Shown: piece by piece, positions 1 to 11,900 of the stretch
How positions within the stretch are numbered: the first letter of the stretch is position 1
Layout of the letters: every line of letters begins with the position of its first letter
Origin: Callorhinchus milii
Taxonomy: Eukaryota
Assembly: GCF_018977255.1 (NCBI RefSeq)
Contig: NW_024704769.1
Coordinates: forward strand, 4,154,001 to 4,218,000
Direction: 5' to 3'
Length of the DNA: 64,000 nucleotides
Notes under the pieces: generated by a model
Database searches by the model: none
What the model was told of the DNA's origin: nothing
The model's input: the letters and a program-made list of their open reading frames with translations, nothing else
Made by a program: the position numbers and the translations under genes

Positions 1-150
1 TGAAGTCTTGCGATTGTTGCTTCTCACCTTGACTCTTGTACAGAGAGGTAGTAACTATTTTTTTTTCCTTCATGGGAGTCGTGTTCTTTGAAGCTGATTA
101 TTACTTTTGCTCTCCGCTGACTGACTGGTTGGGTCGATGTGTCTCAGCAG

Positions 151-3100
151 GAGGACACAGCGAGGCTAAGATCAGGACAAGCAGCCTTGGTTTGGACGCC
201 TTGCGAGCCAACAAGACGCTGACGGCAGAGGAAGTGATCGTCAGACTTAGCCAACGTAAGACCCTTGTTATTTTGTCTTCCATTTCAATTGTTTTTGCTC
301 GTCCCCAAAATGCTGAACAAACAGCAAGAAAAGGCGCCCGGCAGCCACTGAGATTGGCCACTTGACAAACTTACCAGCAATTATTATCAGGGAGTCTTAT
401 TGCAAATGTGCCTGGATGAGGGAGGGAGAGAGAGGAGGGAATCAAGGGAAGGAGCGAGTCAGAGAAGCAGGGAGTCAGGGAAGGAGGAATTTAGTCCAAA
501 TTATCCAACAGTGGACCCGACCTAAAAAAAAGTTATTCAAGACCGTTGGAAAAATTCTGTTCATGTTTTGCACCAATTCTAGGTTAACTGCTTGTCCCCA
601 TTAACCAGGATGTCTTTGTGCATTTCTGTACGCGTGTGTGTGTGTGTGTGTGTGTGTGTTCAGACACTGAGACACAGGGTCTGTCCTCTTGTTTTCCTTC
701 ACTATTCAATGTCTGTCACTTGGCTGTTCTCCTCACAGGTATTTTTCGACATGAAAAGCCTTGGCGAGGGTTCCTGATCGAAGGCGACATCGTCAAACCC
801 GTAATTTCTGCTTTTTAAAATTTCTTATTTTCTGGATCAAAATATCATCAATTTCAAAGTGTTATTGGAATCCTGTCGTGTATTAGTTAGAGCACTCGCC
901 TCACAAGCGAGAGGATTCAATTCCCGGGCAGTGCAAAACTTTTCCTTATTCCACACGCCTCTGTTTACCTAGCAGTAAGTAGGAACCCGGTTGTTAGTCG
1001 ATTGGCGGATCAAATTGTTATTATTTATTTTATTTTGACTGTGACTGATTTTGGCAAGCAGTAGTTCAATTTGGTCTAAGTCGTGGATCATTTTAAAGCT
1101 ACGAGTGGAATGTGAGGTGGGTTAGGTTTCCTGTAGCCTTGTGTGATTGCACCTTAATGTTGCCTGTCTCTAGTTGCAAAGGAATACAATACTCTCTGAG
1201 CCCAGGACGTGGGAGAAGTCAGCAGATGGAACAGTGAAAATCCCCTATGAAATCTCCCAGCAGTACGGTAAGTAACTGTCGGGGGAAGCCAGCCGCACCA
1301 GGATAAAAGTTTGCGATGGTAGATGTTATTATTACAGGCTGTGGGACACCGCTGTGCGCAATTGGCTGCTGCGTTTCGCCCACAAAATACAATTTATTTT
1401 ATACACTTCACAGTATATTCTGTGAAGCGCTTTGAGACGCCTCAACCACGTGATGAGGCACTGCATCAGATGCCAGGATTATCGTTATCCTTTTCCTGCA
1501 GATGAGGAGACTCGGAGCTCCATCAGCCAGGGCTTCGGGGACTTTGAGAAATTCACGTGTGTTCGGTTTGTGCCTCGCAGCGACGAGGAGGACTTCATCT
1601 CCATTCAGCCACTGCAAGGGTACGTATAGACCTGACGGGGCTAAGCTGATTGGATTCAGTCAATGCACCTAACCCTCTCCTAACAATTCTCAATGGGTCC
1701 TGGCTAAGGTGTACGGACCCTTTTGAAGCTGGACACAAGGACATACCTACAAAAGTGGCCTGGGAGAGCGAATGTGTTTTTAAAGGCAGAGGGTAGAGAT
1801 TTATCAGCGTGTATTTAGGAACGAGCTGATATCCTGGTCTTCTGAAGCGATCTAAAGGCTCAACAGCAAGTTACACGTAATTTGTTGTTGTTATCCACAA
1901 AGCTCCCTCCCTCTCTTTAGCTCTAAACAATGTCTTTGCTTCAACTTCAACTCTCCGCGTCTAACTCTCAGGTGTTACTCATCTGTGGGCCGAGTTGGCG
2001 GGATGCAGCTCCTGTCACTGAAACGTCAGTGTCTGAAGAAGGGGAAAGGGGTTGTTGAACACGAACTGATGCACTCGCTTGGTTTCTGGCACGAGCACAC
2101 AAGGAGTGACCGGGACAAGTTCATCAAGATCGAGTGGAAAAATGTCTGGCCCGGTAAAATCCTTGTTTTCACTTTCATCCTTTCACGTTCTGCCTGTACC
2201 CAGCCTGTAAATCCATCCTCATTTTAATTCTTCTTTAAAAAAATGTGGTCACTCAAACCCCGACTGTTTGTGGGACAACTGCTGTGGGCAATTGGCTGTC
2301 GTGTTTCGCCTGCGAAATATAGTCAATTCATAGAGCGACCACATTTTTTTTGATTTATTTCTGAAAGATGTTTCTGGTCTATTCAACTCAATAAGTGTTG
2401 CCGTTGACCGTGCCTTTCACTTCAGGTTATGAACACAACTTCTTGAAGAAACCCACCAATAATCTGAAGTCGAAATATGATTATGGCTCCATCTTGCACT
2501 ACAGCAGGTAAGGACACAAGAATTTGTTGATGAAAGAAGATCAAGGTCCATCTAGTTCGCCTTCCACCAGCCTGGCAGTCGCTTGACATGTGCGGCTCTA
2601 ATCATTCTTAACGAATTCTGTTGATAATTGTGATTAATTCTGTTGCCGGGAGCAGCTCGTTTTAATCCCAATGAGTAATAATTATGTTTCCATCTTAGAT
2701 CTGCATTCTCCAAGAACGGGCACCCCACCCTGAAGCCACTGCTGGACACGCACGCCATAATAGGGCAACGGATCCGACTGAGTGAGATGGACCTGCTGAA
2801 GGTCAACAGGCTTTACAACTGCACAGCAGGTCATTGCCAATGTGGGGAACCCATTAGATTGACAAACTCCACTAACTCCCGCTTTCGCACAGCGGAGGGG
2901 TTTGTGTGCGAATTTCAGTTCTGTTCAATAAGTTCAGACGTGATGTTATAACCACAACGACTTGCGTCTGTTTAGACAGCGACCTTCACGTGGGGCAGAG
3001 TCTCAGAGCGCTTGACAGTGACGGAGTACGACGCTGAGCCCGGGAGAGGGAGGGAGGAAGTGACCGTAAGCACAGAACTCTCTCCTTAATCCCTCCGCCT

Positions 3101-6100
3101 TGCCCCCTCTCTCCCCACTTTTAAATCTCGCCTAAAGACCTTCCTTTTTTATCGTGCTTACAGCCACCTCCCTCTCCCCCATGGCTTGTTGTCAGACTCC
3201 ACCACTGTTACGAGCTCTGGGACGCTACCCTGTGTGAAGGGCACTATATAAATGCAAGTTGTTGCTGTTATGGTACCTGCAATCTTTTGCCTTTTATTGA
3301 AACAGTCAACGTTTTTGTTCTTCTCTCCTCCTCCCTTCCCAAAACCCAGTAGATGATCTGTTCCTGAATGATGACAGTTCTCAGCTTGAAAATGAACAAA
3401 GCAAAGAGACTGGTGAAATGGTGAAAACGCACTCTACTATCCAGACCCCAACAAACCAGACGTCAGCAGATCTAGTTACCCCTTCAGTTCATCAGCAAAG
3501 TCAAATTACCACTGGAGCTCCTGAAAGTTTTGGTGCTACTATCTCCACAGTAGCTGAGACCTCAGTGACCTGGGAAAACCTGAGCAGCCCTGCCTCAGAC
3601 AACACCTCCTCTGTGTCTTTATTCATGCAGCCCACACTTGAGGTTTCTGGCCACCAATCCGACCTGCAACTTGGGACCCTCGTTCCAATGAGATTTCCTG
3701 ATCCTCTGTTGATTCCAACACAGGTCCCGTTAGTACAATCAGAACTTGCTTCTGTGGCTGTGATGAAGAGACTCACAACAGACCTGGTGACCCAACAATC
3801 ACTTACACAGACGACAGCTCTATCTCTGGGGCAGAAAAAGGCACTAATGCCAGAGAGTAAGAGACCTACAACTTGCTCCAAGGTACTGGTGAGAGAGCTG
3901 GTGACAGAGGCACTAGTGATGCCCTCACAAAGTCACAAAGCTACCAGCTGGGCTGAAGTTCTACCTGGGCATCTTCGCATCCTCACACACAGCCAGGCTG
4001 AAGTGCCAACCTCCTCTCCCTCTACCACGATCGAGTCACCTACTGTCTTAACTGCAAAGAATCATCAATCTGTTAGCCTTAGCCACAGCAAACAGCCAGC
4101 CACGCATCTCCAGGCATTGGGTGGAGTATCAGCCACACCAATCCTCAGAGATGACAACCAGACGAGGATGTTAACTCTGTCTCCTCCCACCCCAACACAG
4201 CACACAAACACTCAGCCACTGCTGATACATTCACAAACTTCTGAATATGCCCAGAGTGAATTGATGCCAACTGTTCCTTCAGCCATCCCAGCAGCGGAAT
4301 GATTACAAGCACGGACACCGTGCCTTCAGCCAGTCAGCCTGAGCTGAGAAACCTACCATCACAGACCTTTAGACCTGCTCATTCAGAAACATCAGCCTTG
4401 CTTCCCTCCACCCATACTGAAGTGCCATCCATGTCTCCTCCGCTCACAACTGCACATCCACAGAGTAACTTATCGAGTGTATCTGGTCCTGCCCAGGTTT
4501 ACAACACTCCGAGTCTCCATGATGTTACGTCTGCTGCCCAGATAGAGTCACGAGCTGCTGTGTCCCAGGCTGCGTTGTTCCAAACCCACAATCTGAACAG
4601 TTGGTTCAGTTTAGTGTTGTCTCTGCAGAGTCCGAGATCAGTTGAGAACCAAGTGGCACCGGTTTTGCCAAATCGTCCAGAGATCCTGGTATCCTGGTTA
4701 TCACCAGCCGGGCATTTCATTACAGAGACTCTGATACCAACCAGCCTCGCACTAACTGGGACTTCCACTACACAGTCCCTGGTGCCAACCAGTCTCGTGC
4801 CAACCTGCCTCCCACCATCGGAGGCATGCATTGCAGAGAGCCCTACAGTGACCAGCCTTCCACCAGCCAAGCCGTCCCTCACAGAGCCCCTTGGCACTGA
4901 CCAGCCTCTCACTGTTACAGTCATCAATCACCAGGACCATGGGAGCCAATAGCTTCCACCCCGTTGAGTCTTCCGTCACAGAGACCCCAGTGCCAACTAG
5001 CCTCTCACCAGATGTGTCTCCTATTGCGAAGATCTTAGTGCCCACATATCTGCCACACGCTGAAGCTTCCATTGCAGACGTCCAGATAGAGACCAGCCTC
5101 CCACCAGCTGAAACTTCTACTACAGAGACCCCGGTGCCCACCAGTCTCGTGTCAGATGGACCTTCCTCTGTAGATGTGCTGCTGCCAATTGACATCTCAC
5201 CAGCTGTGCCATCTCCTGCAGACACCCTGGTAGAGAACAGCCAACCGCCATCTGAACCGTCCATTGTTGAGAATCTGGTGCCAACCAATCTCATGTCAAA
5301 TGGACCTTCCACTGCTGACGTGCTGATGCCAACTGACCTCCCACCAACTGCATCTTCTACTGCACACACCCTGGCACTGCCCAGCCTCTCACACATTGAC
5401 CATTCCATTGCTGAGAGCCTCATAGTGACTGCCCTCCCACCAGCCCAGCCTTCCATCACACAGCTCCTGGCACTGACCAGCCGTCCACCAACTCGATCAT
5501 CTATTGCAGAGACTCTGCTAGAAACCAGGCTCCCACTGGCTAAACCCTCCATTGCCGAGACTCTGTTACTGACCTATTCTCCCCCTCTGTCTGCGAGCAG
5601 TGATACAGCCACTCTGTCACTGATGTGGTCAGTGCACTGGAGGAAGCTGTATAAATGCTTGGATCCCGGCCCATTGCATGGTGTAGCTGTGACCTCGCCT
5701 GGTCGGGCGATGCAGCCCGATTCCCCCCGGGAACTCCTTTGTGATTTTGAACACGGCTTCTGTGATTGGGAGCAAAGCACCAGAGATGACTTTGACTGGA
5801 CCCGGTGTCGTTATCACACGTCTTCATGGGAAACGGGCCCCAATGGAGACCACACAAAAGGGCAATGCAAACGCAAGGGAGGTGAGGAAACATTCCACTA
5901 CTTTTACACTGGGTCACAGAGGCAAGAAAGTGCCTGACATTGCTCATGATTTCAGCAGTTATTTTATGTGCTGTGGGGAAAAAAACAGCCTCCAATTGAG
6001 TGGCGAGGGTGCTAACCACTACGCTACAGAACTCCACATGTTGTGTTGACTGAATGTGTATTTTTGTTTTGTTGTAGGTCGTTATTTGTACATAGAAGCT

Positions 6101-7662
6101 TCATATCCCCAACAGAGTGGGGATCGAGCAGCGCTCATTAGCCCTGTAATCAGAGGTCCGGCCTGTCTGTTGTTCTGGTACAATATGTATGGAAAACACA
6201 TGGGTGAGTCTGTGTCATCTGGTTTTCATATAACCTCTCGTGATAACATAATTATAATGAATATTACATAAGAATTGCTAGATTATAGACCAAGGTCCAT
6301 CTAGTTCACCTTCCACCATCCTGGCAGTCGCTTGCACAGGTCATGTCCCATTTCATTTTGTGAGCTGGGGATTCCTGTAGCTCCTTGGTTAGAGCACTCG
6401 CCTCGCAAGCGAGAGACCTGGGTTTGATTTCCGGGAGGGCGAAACGTTGGGCAAGTTTCCTTACTCCAACCGCCTCTGTTTACCTCGCAGTAAGTAGGAA
6501 CTAAGTTGTTAGTTGATTGGCGGATCGCTTTTCTGGGCAGGAATAATTCCTTCAAAAATAAATTGGTCACTTAATCAAAGACTGTTTGTGGGACACTGCT
6601 GTGCGCAATTGGCTGCCGTATTTTGCCCACAGTATTTCCTGTGGAGCGCTTTGACACGTCTCGAAGACGTGATAAGGCCCTATATCAAATGCAAGATTTA
6701 TTATTATTATAGATCTCATAAAGATGTTATTTGACCCTTTGGAAACTAAGGGGTTAATTAATTCCTGTTGATGGCGGATGTATAATTAGTAATTGGGTGA
6801 AAGATGGAGATTAGAGTGAATGTGTGAGAGAGAGAGAGAGAGAGACTGCTTTTATCTTTCTACAGATGTTGCTTCGTATAATTATTCTATTTAATGTTTC
6901 TACATTGACGACAGAACCACCTTCAGAGAACACCTTTAATCCCAATCTTTCCTTCAGGCTCACTAAATGTGTACAGTAAATATAAGAGTGCTGCTGACTG
7001 GTTCAGGCTGTGGTCGACTACTGGAAACCAAGGGAGAAAGTGGCACAGAGCCCAGATCGATATTCGTGAAAATCAGGAGACGTTTCAGGTAGATATCATT
7101 AGGACTGACCTGGAACTCCAACCCCTAGTCTCTTCACCTCCCTGCCTCAAGACCTATCTTGTCGACCAGCTTTTACCCCCCTCTCCCACACCCCCACCCC
7201 AAAGCTTAGGCTCCCAATCAACTGGAAGTATGAAGTGTGTTGAGACTTGATCAGTGGTCGGGCCTTCAGCCTCTCTATCCCCACTCTTTGGAACGCCATC
7301 TCAGTCCCTTCGCCTTGTCCTCTCCCTTGCTTCCTTCAAGGCCCGTCTCAAGATCCTCCTCATTGACCGCACCTTTGGTCACCCTCCCACCTCTGCCCTT
7401 CGTCCCTGCTGATTCCAACCCTCTGCTCGGGTCCAAATCCCTGACTGTCCTGACTGTTTATCAACTGAACGGTTGTAACTCTCTTACATTGCTCTTATCT
7501 TATCTGCTGATCTTTCTCCAGGTGATCATTGAAGGAGTTTTGGGTTTGAGCTATCAAAGCGATATTGCAATTGATGACGTGCAGATCTACACAGACAGTT
7601 GTGCTGAACACAGGAAGCTCCATAATGCACAGTGTGACCTGCTGCTGAACACACACAAGTAA
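151..7662 (+). CDS. Astacin-family (M12A) zinc metalloendopeptidase with mucin-like repeat stalk and C-terminal MAM domain; 5' end (signal-peptide exon) not seen, probably upstream of the window
   Basis: Phase-consistent GT-AG exons: 151-255, 739-800 (propeptide FLIEGDI), 1174-1267, 1502-1619, 1972-2153 ([19 protein letters not shown], astacin zinc motif), 2426-2507 ([10 protein letters not shown]), 2699-2829 ([21 protein letters not shown]), 3350-5881 (S/T/P-rich stalk, then [16 protein letters not shown] start; contains two compensating 1-nt frameshifts), 6078-6203 (GRYLYIEAS...[10 protein letters not shown]), 6958-7088, 7522-7662 (DIAIDDV, stop). AATAAA at 7991-7996. Confidence 0.88.
634..659. 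repeat. (TG)n microsatellite
   Basis: Direct dinucleotide run in an astacin-gene intron. Confidence 0.9.
4719..5600 (+). repeat. Coding tandem repeat with a 48-nt/16-aa unit, about 18 degenerate copies (e.g. [48 protein letters not shown])
   Basis: 16-residue periodicity read directly from the translations of ORFs 4299-4952 and 4891-5937. Confidence 0.85.
6368..6710 (+). mobile_element. tRNA-derived SINE, near full-length copy of the dominant family in the window
   Basis: Head tcctgtagctccttggttagagcactcgcctcgcaagcgagagacctgggtttgattt (A/B-box-like); body gcaagtttccttactcc...agtaagtaggaac; tail gtgggacactgctgtgcgcaattggctgcc...gcgctttga...tatatcaaatgcaag(att)n. Many homologous copies or fragments occur across the window. 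Confidence 0.85.
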
Positions 7663-8849
7663 ATCCGTCTCCAGTTGGAGAAACTTTGTATGCAGACCTC
7701 ACACCCACTCTGCACATATCCTGTTCAGTGGGTGTTTAACTGATACCCAACATGAGCCAAGTTTATAACAGGGTATTTTCAGGCACAAACTGTCAGGATA
7801 TGTTCCACTTGGAAGAGGAGCTCTTACACTCTGTCCATGCTGATTTGCTTCGAGTTCCTGGCAGTCACAAATATTTAAAGCTCAAGTTCTACGCCATCAG
7901 TCTGACCAGACAGGTGACATCTACACTTTACAATCTCTCTGCACTCAAAAGCCATTTTGTGACGCTGATTATGTATTCAGGGTGATTAACAATAAAATCG
8001 CACAGTAAATTATGTGTTCGGACAGTTTCCCACCTTTGTTTTTCCCCGATGCCCTTCTCCTTGGTCTACCCAGCTGCAACATTCATAAAATGCAATTAAT
8101 TTAAATCGTCAATAGCGAGACACCTGGGTTCAATTCCAGACAGGGTGAAACCTTGGGCAAGTTTCCTTACTCCACACCCCTGATAATAATCCCTCCAAAA
8201 ACAAAACGACAATAAATTGGTCATTTTCAATCTGTCTGTGGGACACTGCTGTGCGCAATTGGCTGCTGCATTTCGCCCACAAATATATGGTCAATTCACT
8301 TTACAGTCTATTCTGTGAAGTGCTTTGAGACGTCGAGAAGACATGAAAAGCGCTATAATCAAATGCGAGGATTATTATTATTATTATTACTCTGCCACCT
8401 GTATCCTCACCTGTGCTGAACTCTGCCCCCATCGGCCCACACCTTGCCAGGGTGACTGACCGGCAGAATGGATTTTATTGCCGAATGGATGGATCTGAAG
8501 ATCTGGCTCCTGCAGAACCCCCCACTCCACCTGGCGCCGAGCCGGCTCCGGCCTCCTGCACATCCCACCGTCGGCGGCCGCGCTTTTACCCCCTCCGCCT
8601 CGAGGTCCCGGACACCCTGTCTGAACCTCTCCCCTTTGCCGTCTTCGGATCACACCCGAAGACCTTCCTCGGAGCCCCTGGAGACCTCTCAAGGACATGA
8701 TGGGGCGCTGTGTTTATTATTAAGCTGTTGTTGGTGGTATCTGCGTGACGCTCTGGGGGCGGGGGGTTGGTTTGCCAGAAATCTGAAGACCTTTGCACCC
8801 AAAAATCACAAAAAGTCACCCAATGTTGTGTCACTGACAGTCAGTCCAG

Positions 8850-8950
8850 AGACAGTGGGAGGAGAGGGCGCTGCCACTCCCCACCGCCAGGCGGCGGCAG
8901 CGCAGAGGGGCGAAGGTCGCGGCCGCCGCACGTGGAGTGAAGATGGCGGA
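8850..8950 (+). promoter_or_regulatory. GC-rich DDX56 promoter/5' region with E-box and YY1-like motif
   Basis: CpG-rich; CACGTG at 8929-8934; AAGATGGCGG overlapping the ATG (8940-8949). Confidence 0.55.
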
Positions 8951-11900
8951 GGAGAAGCTGCAGTTTCACGAGATGGGTCTGGACGAGAGGCTCCTCCAGG
9001 TACTGGGGCTCAGGCAGCACAGAGGGGCCCCGGGGGGAGGGGGGGGAGCGGGTCTGTGTGTGTGTGTGTGGGGGGGGGCTCTAGAGGGGTTGGAGGGCTG
9101 GCAGTGTGTGTGTGGGGGGGGGGGGCTCTAGAGGGGTTGGAGGGCTGGCAGTGTGTGTGTGTGTCTGTGCTGAGGGGAGAGGGAGGAGGAGAAGGGGNNN
9201 NNNNNNNNNNNNNNNNNNNNNNNNNNNNNNNNNNNNNNNNNNNNNNNNNNNNNNNNNNNNNNNNNNNNNNNNNNNNNNNNNNNNNNNNNNNNNNNNNNNN
9301 NNNNNNNNNNNNNNNNNNNNNNNNNNNNNNNNNNNNNNGGGGGGTGTGTGGGGGGGTGTGTGGGGGTCTGTGTGTGAGGGGGGGGTGTGGGGGTGTGTGT
9401 GTGAGAGGGGGTGTGTGGGGGGGTGTGGGGTGGGTGTGTGTGTGGGGGTGGGGGGGTAAAGGGAAGGGACGGCAGAGTGTGTGGGGGGTGAGGGGAAGCG
9501 CCACAGCTGATTGATGGGGTGACTGACAGTGAAGGGGGTAGAGAGTGCAGTGTGTGTTTGTGGAGACCTGTTTCTCGCTGGTTAGAGCGCCCCCCAAATA
9601 ATAACAATCCGGTCGCTCAATCCACGTCCGTTTGTGGGACACTGCTTTGAGCAATTAGCTGCCGCGTTTTGCCCACAAAATACGCGGTCACTACACTTTT
9701 AAAGAGTCTATTCTGTGAAACGTTTTGACACGTATCGATGATGTGTTAAGGCACTGCGTCGAATGGAAGGATTGTTATTACTATATGTTGTGCAGTCCAT
9801 AGAAATTGATCCACTGAAATTGAAACACATGTGCGTTCTTCCGTTTCTCAGGCAATTGCTGACCTGGGCTGGGCACAGCCCACTTTGATCCAAGAAAAAG
9901 CTATCCCATTAGCCCTGGAGGGGAAGGATTTACTGGCCAGAGCACGGACGGGATCTGGAAAAACAGCAGCGTACGCCGTTCCCATCATCGAGCACATACT
10001 CAACGCAAAAAAGGTGAGATTGGGTCGGGGCAAATCTGGTATTCCATTCATTTTTGTACCCGTTCATCTACGTGTCTGTCTGCTTTGAAACCTTAATCTT
10101 GTGTCTCCTCAGTCAGTAAACGAGCAGATAGTTCGGGCTCTGGTGTTGGTCCCCACCAAGGAGCTGGGGCAGCAGGTGCAGCAGATGATCCGAGAGCTGA
10201 CCTCGTGCTGCGCGCGGGACATTCGAGTGGCTGACGTGTCGGGACAGGCGGACGTTTCTGCACAAAAGTACGAGACGCGCACACGCGAACCAGCTACCCT
10301 TGCCTTCCAGCTCTCAATCCTGAAACTTCACTCTCTGGAACTTCCATCCCATACACCCTTCGCCTCCATCACTCCTTCAAGACCCTCTTCGTTGACTCAC
10401 ACTCCTACCCCCACTCTTCCTGTCCTCCACTCCCCCCCCCGACCCCAACCCCCAGCCGGGTCCAAATCCGACTGTCCAGCGCCTTGGGACGTGAAAGATG
10501 CCGTGTAAGTGTCATTTGTTGTTGTTTTAATGCTGACTGTCTTCCTTTAGGCCGCTGTTGATGGAAAAGCCTGACATTGTTGTGGGGACGCCATCACGTA
10601 TCCAAACACACCTCCAGCTGAATAACCTGGACTTGCGGAGTTCTCTTGCGATGCTGGTGATCGATGAGGCTGACCTGCTCTTCTCCTTTGGCTTTGAGAG
10701 CGACTTGAAGCAGCTGTTGGGGTGAGAGCTTCACTTTTAACAGACTGGGCTGCTTGTTGGAAAAAATTCTATTTGTATGAAAATAAATTAGTGTGGCTGC
10801 TTTGGTGGGGAAATTATGTTCTCTTAGACCTTTCCCAATTCTCTCAGTGGTTCTCAGCTTACTGAATACGCCAGAGAATTGTAAACTAACAGTTGGATTT
10901 TATTTGGTCAGCCGAGTGTCTGACAATAGAGTATGAGTTGGGGTAAGTGCTGGATAAAGAGGTAAAGTTGAACATCCAAAGGTGGGATTTATTCACTGGT
11001 CTAACTGGGAGGGAGTTTGACAGAGACTCTTCTAAATGAGGTATTTTGTTAAAGCATTACCAAGTAACAGCAAGTTCAGACCCTCAATGAGAGAACTAGA
11101 AGCTGAGTGATCTCTCACTGCAGCTTTCTGTCTCTTCGCAGATATCTCCCCAAGATCTACCAGTCATTCCTGATGTCGGCTACGTTTAATGAGGATGTTG
11201 AAGCGTTGAAGGAGCTGGTGCTTCACAATCCGGTAAGAAATGGCAAGCTCACAATGCGCACAGCAACCTCCCACAAACCGTCATGGAGTGAGTGACCAAT
11301 TTTATTTGGGGGGATTGTCGGCCAGGACACTGGGAGAGAGAGAGAGAGAAACTCCCTTCCCTTTTCGAATAGCGCTGTGTGAGATCTTTTAATGTTCATC
11401 TGAACAGGCAGGAAGGAGTTTGATGTAATATCTCATATGAAAGACGACATATCCGACAATGCAACACCCCCCCCCCAGTGCTGAATTGCAGCGTCAGCTT
11501 AGAAGTGAAGAGCCTATGACAGCACAGGACTCTGCTCAGGACTGTTTAAAAGGACGGTGTTCTCTCCCTGCAGGTGATACTGAAGCTGAAGGAGTCACAG
11601 CTCCCTGACAGTTCCCAGCTAACCCAATACCAGATCAAATGTGAAGAGGATGAGAAGTTCCTGTTGATCTACGCGCTGTTCAAACTATCTCTAGTTCGTG
11701 GAAAAACCATCCTGTTTGTCAACTCGATCGATCGCTGCTACCGCCTCAAGCTCTTCCTCGAGCAGTTCAGCATCCGGTCCTGTGTGTTGAACTCCGAGCT
11801 GCCAGTCCTCTCCAGGTAAAGTGAAGCTCACTCACTGAAACTCAATTTATGCACCAATGTGCTCATTTGAAGCTAAAACAACTGAACCTAGCGACCGCCG

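Noticed and set aside
4300-4302. In-frame TGA as possible selenocysteine or readthrough
   Set aside because: The same frame hits another TGA about 45 nt later, and the mucin-like sequence continues in a different frame, which indicates an indel.
4499-5552. Antisense ORFs of 142 and 266 aa
   Set aside because: They are shadows of the stop-poor coding tandem repeat on the plus strand.
8468-9654. Long ORFs of 348 aa (+) and 214 aa (-) across the DDX56 promoter and intron 1
   Set aside because: They run through an L2 fragment, low-complexity G/T repeats and the N gap, so they are not real coding sequence.
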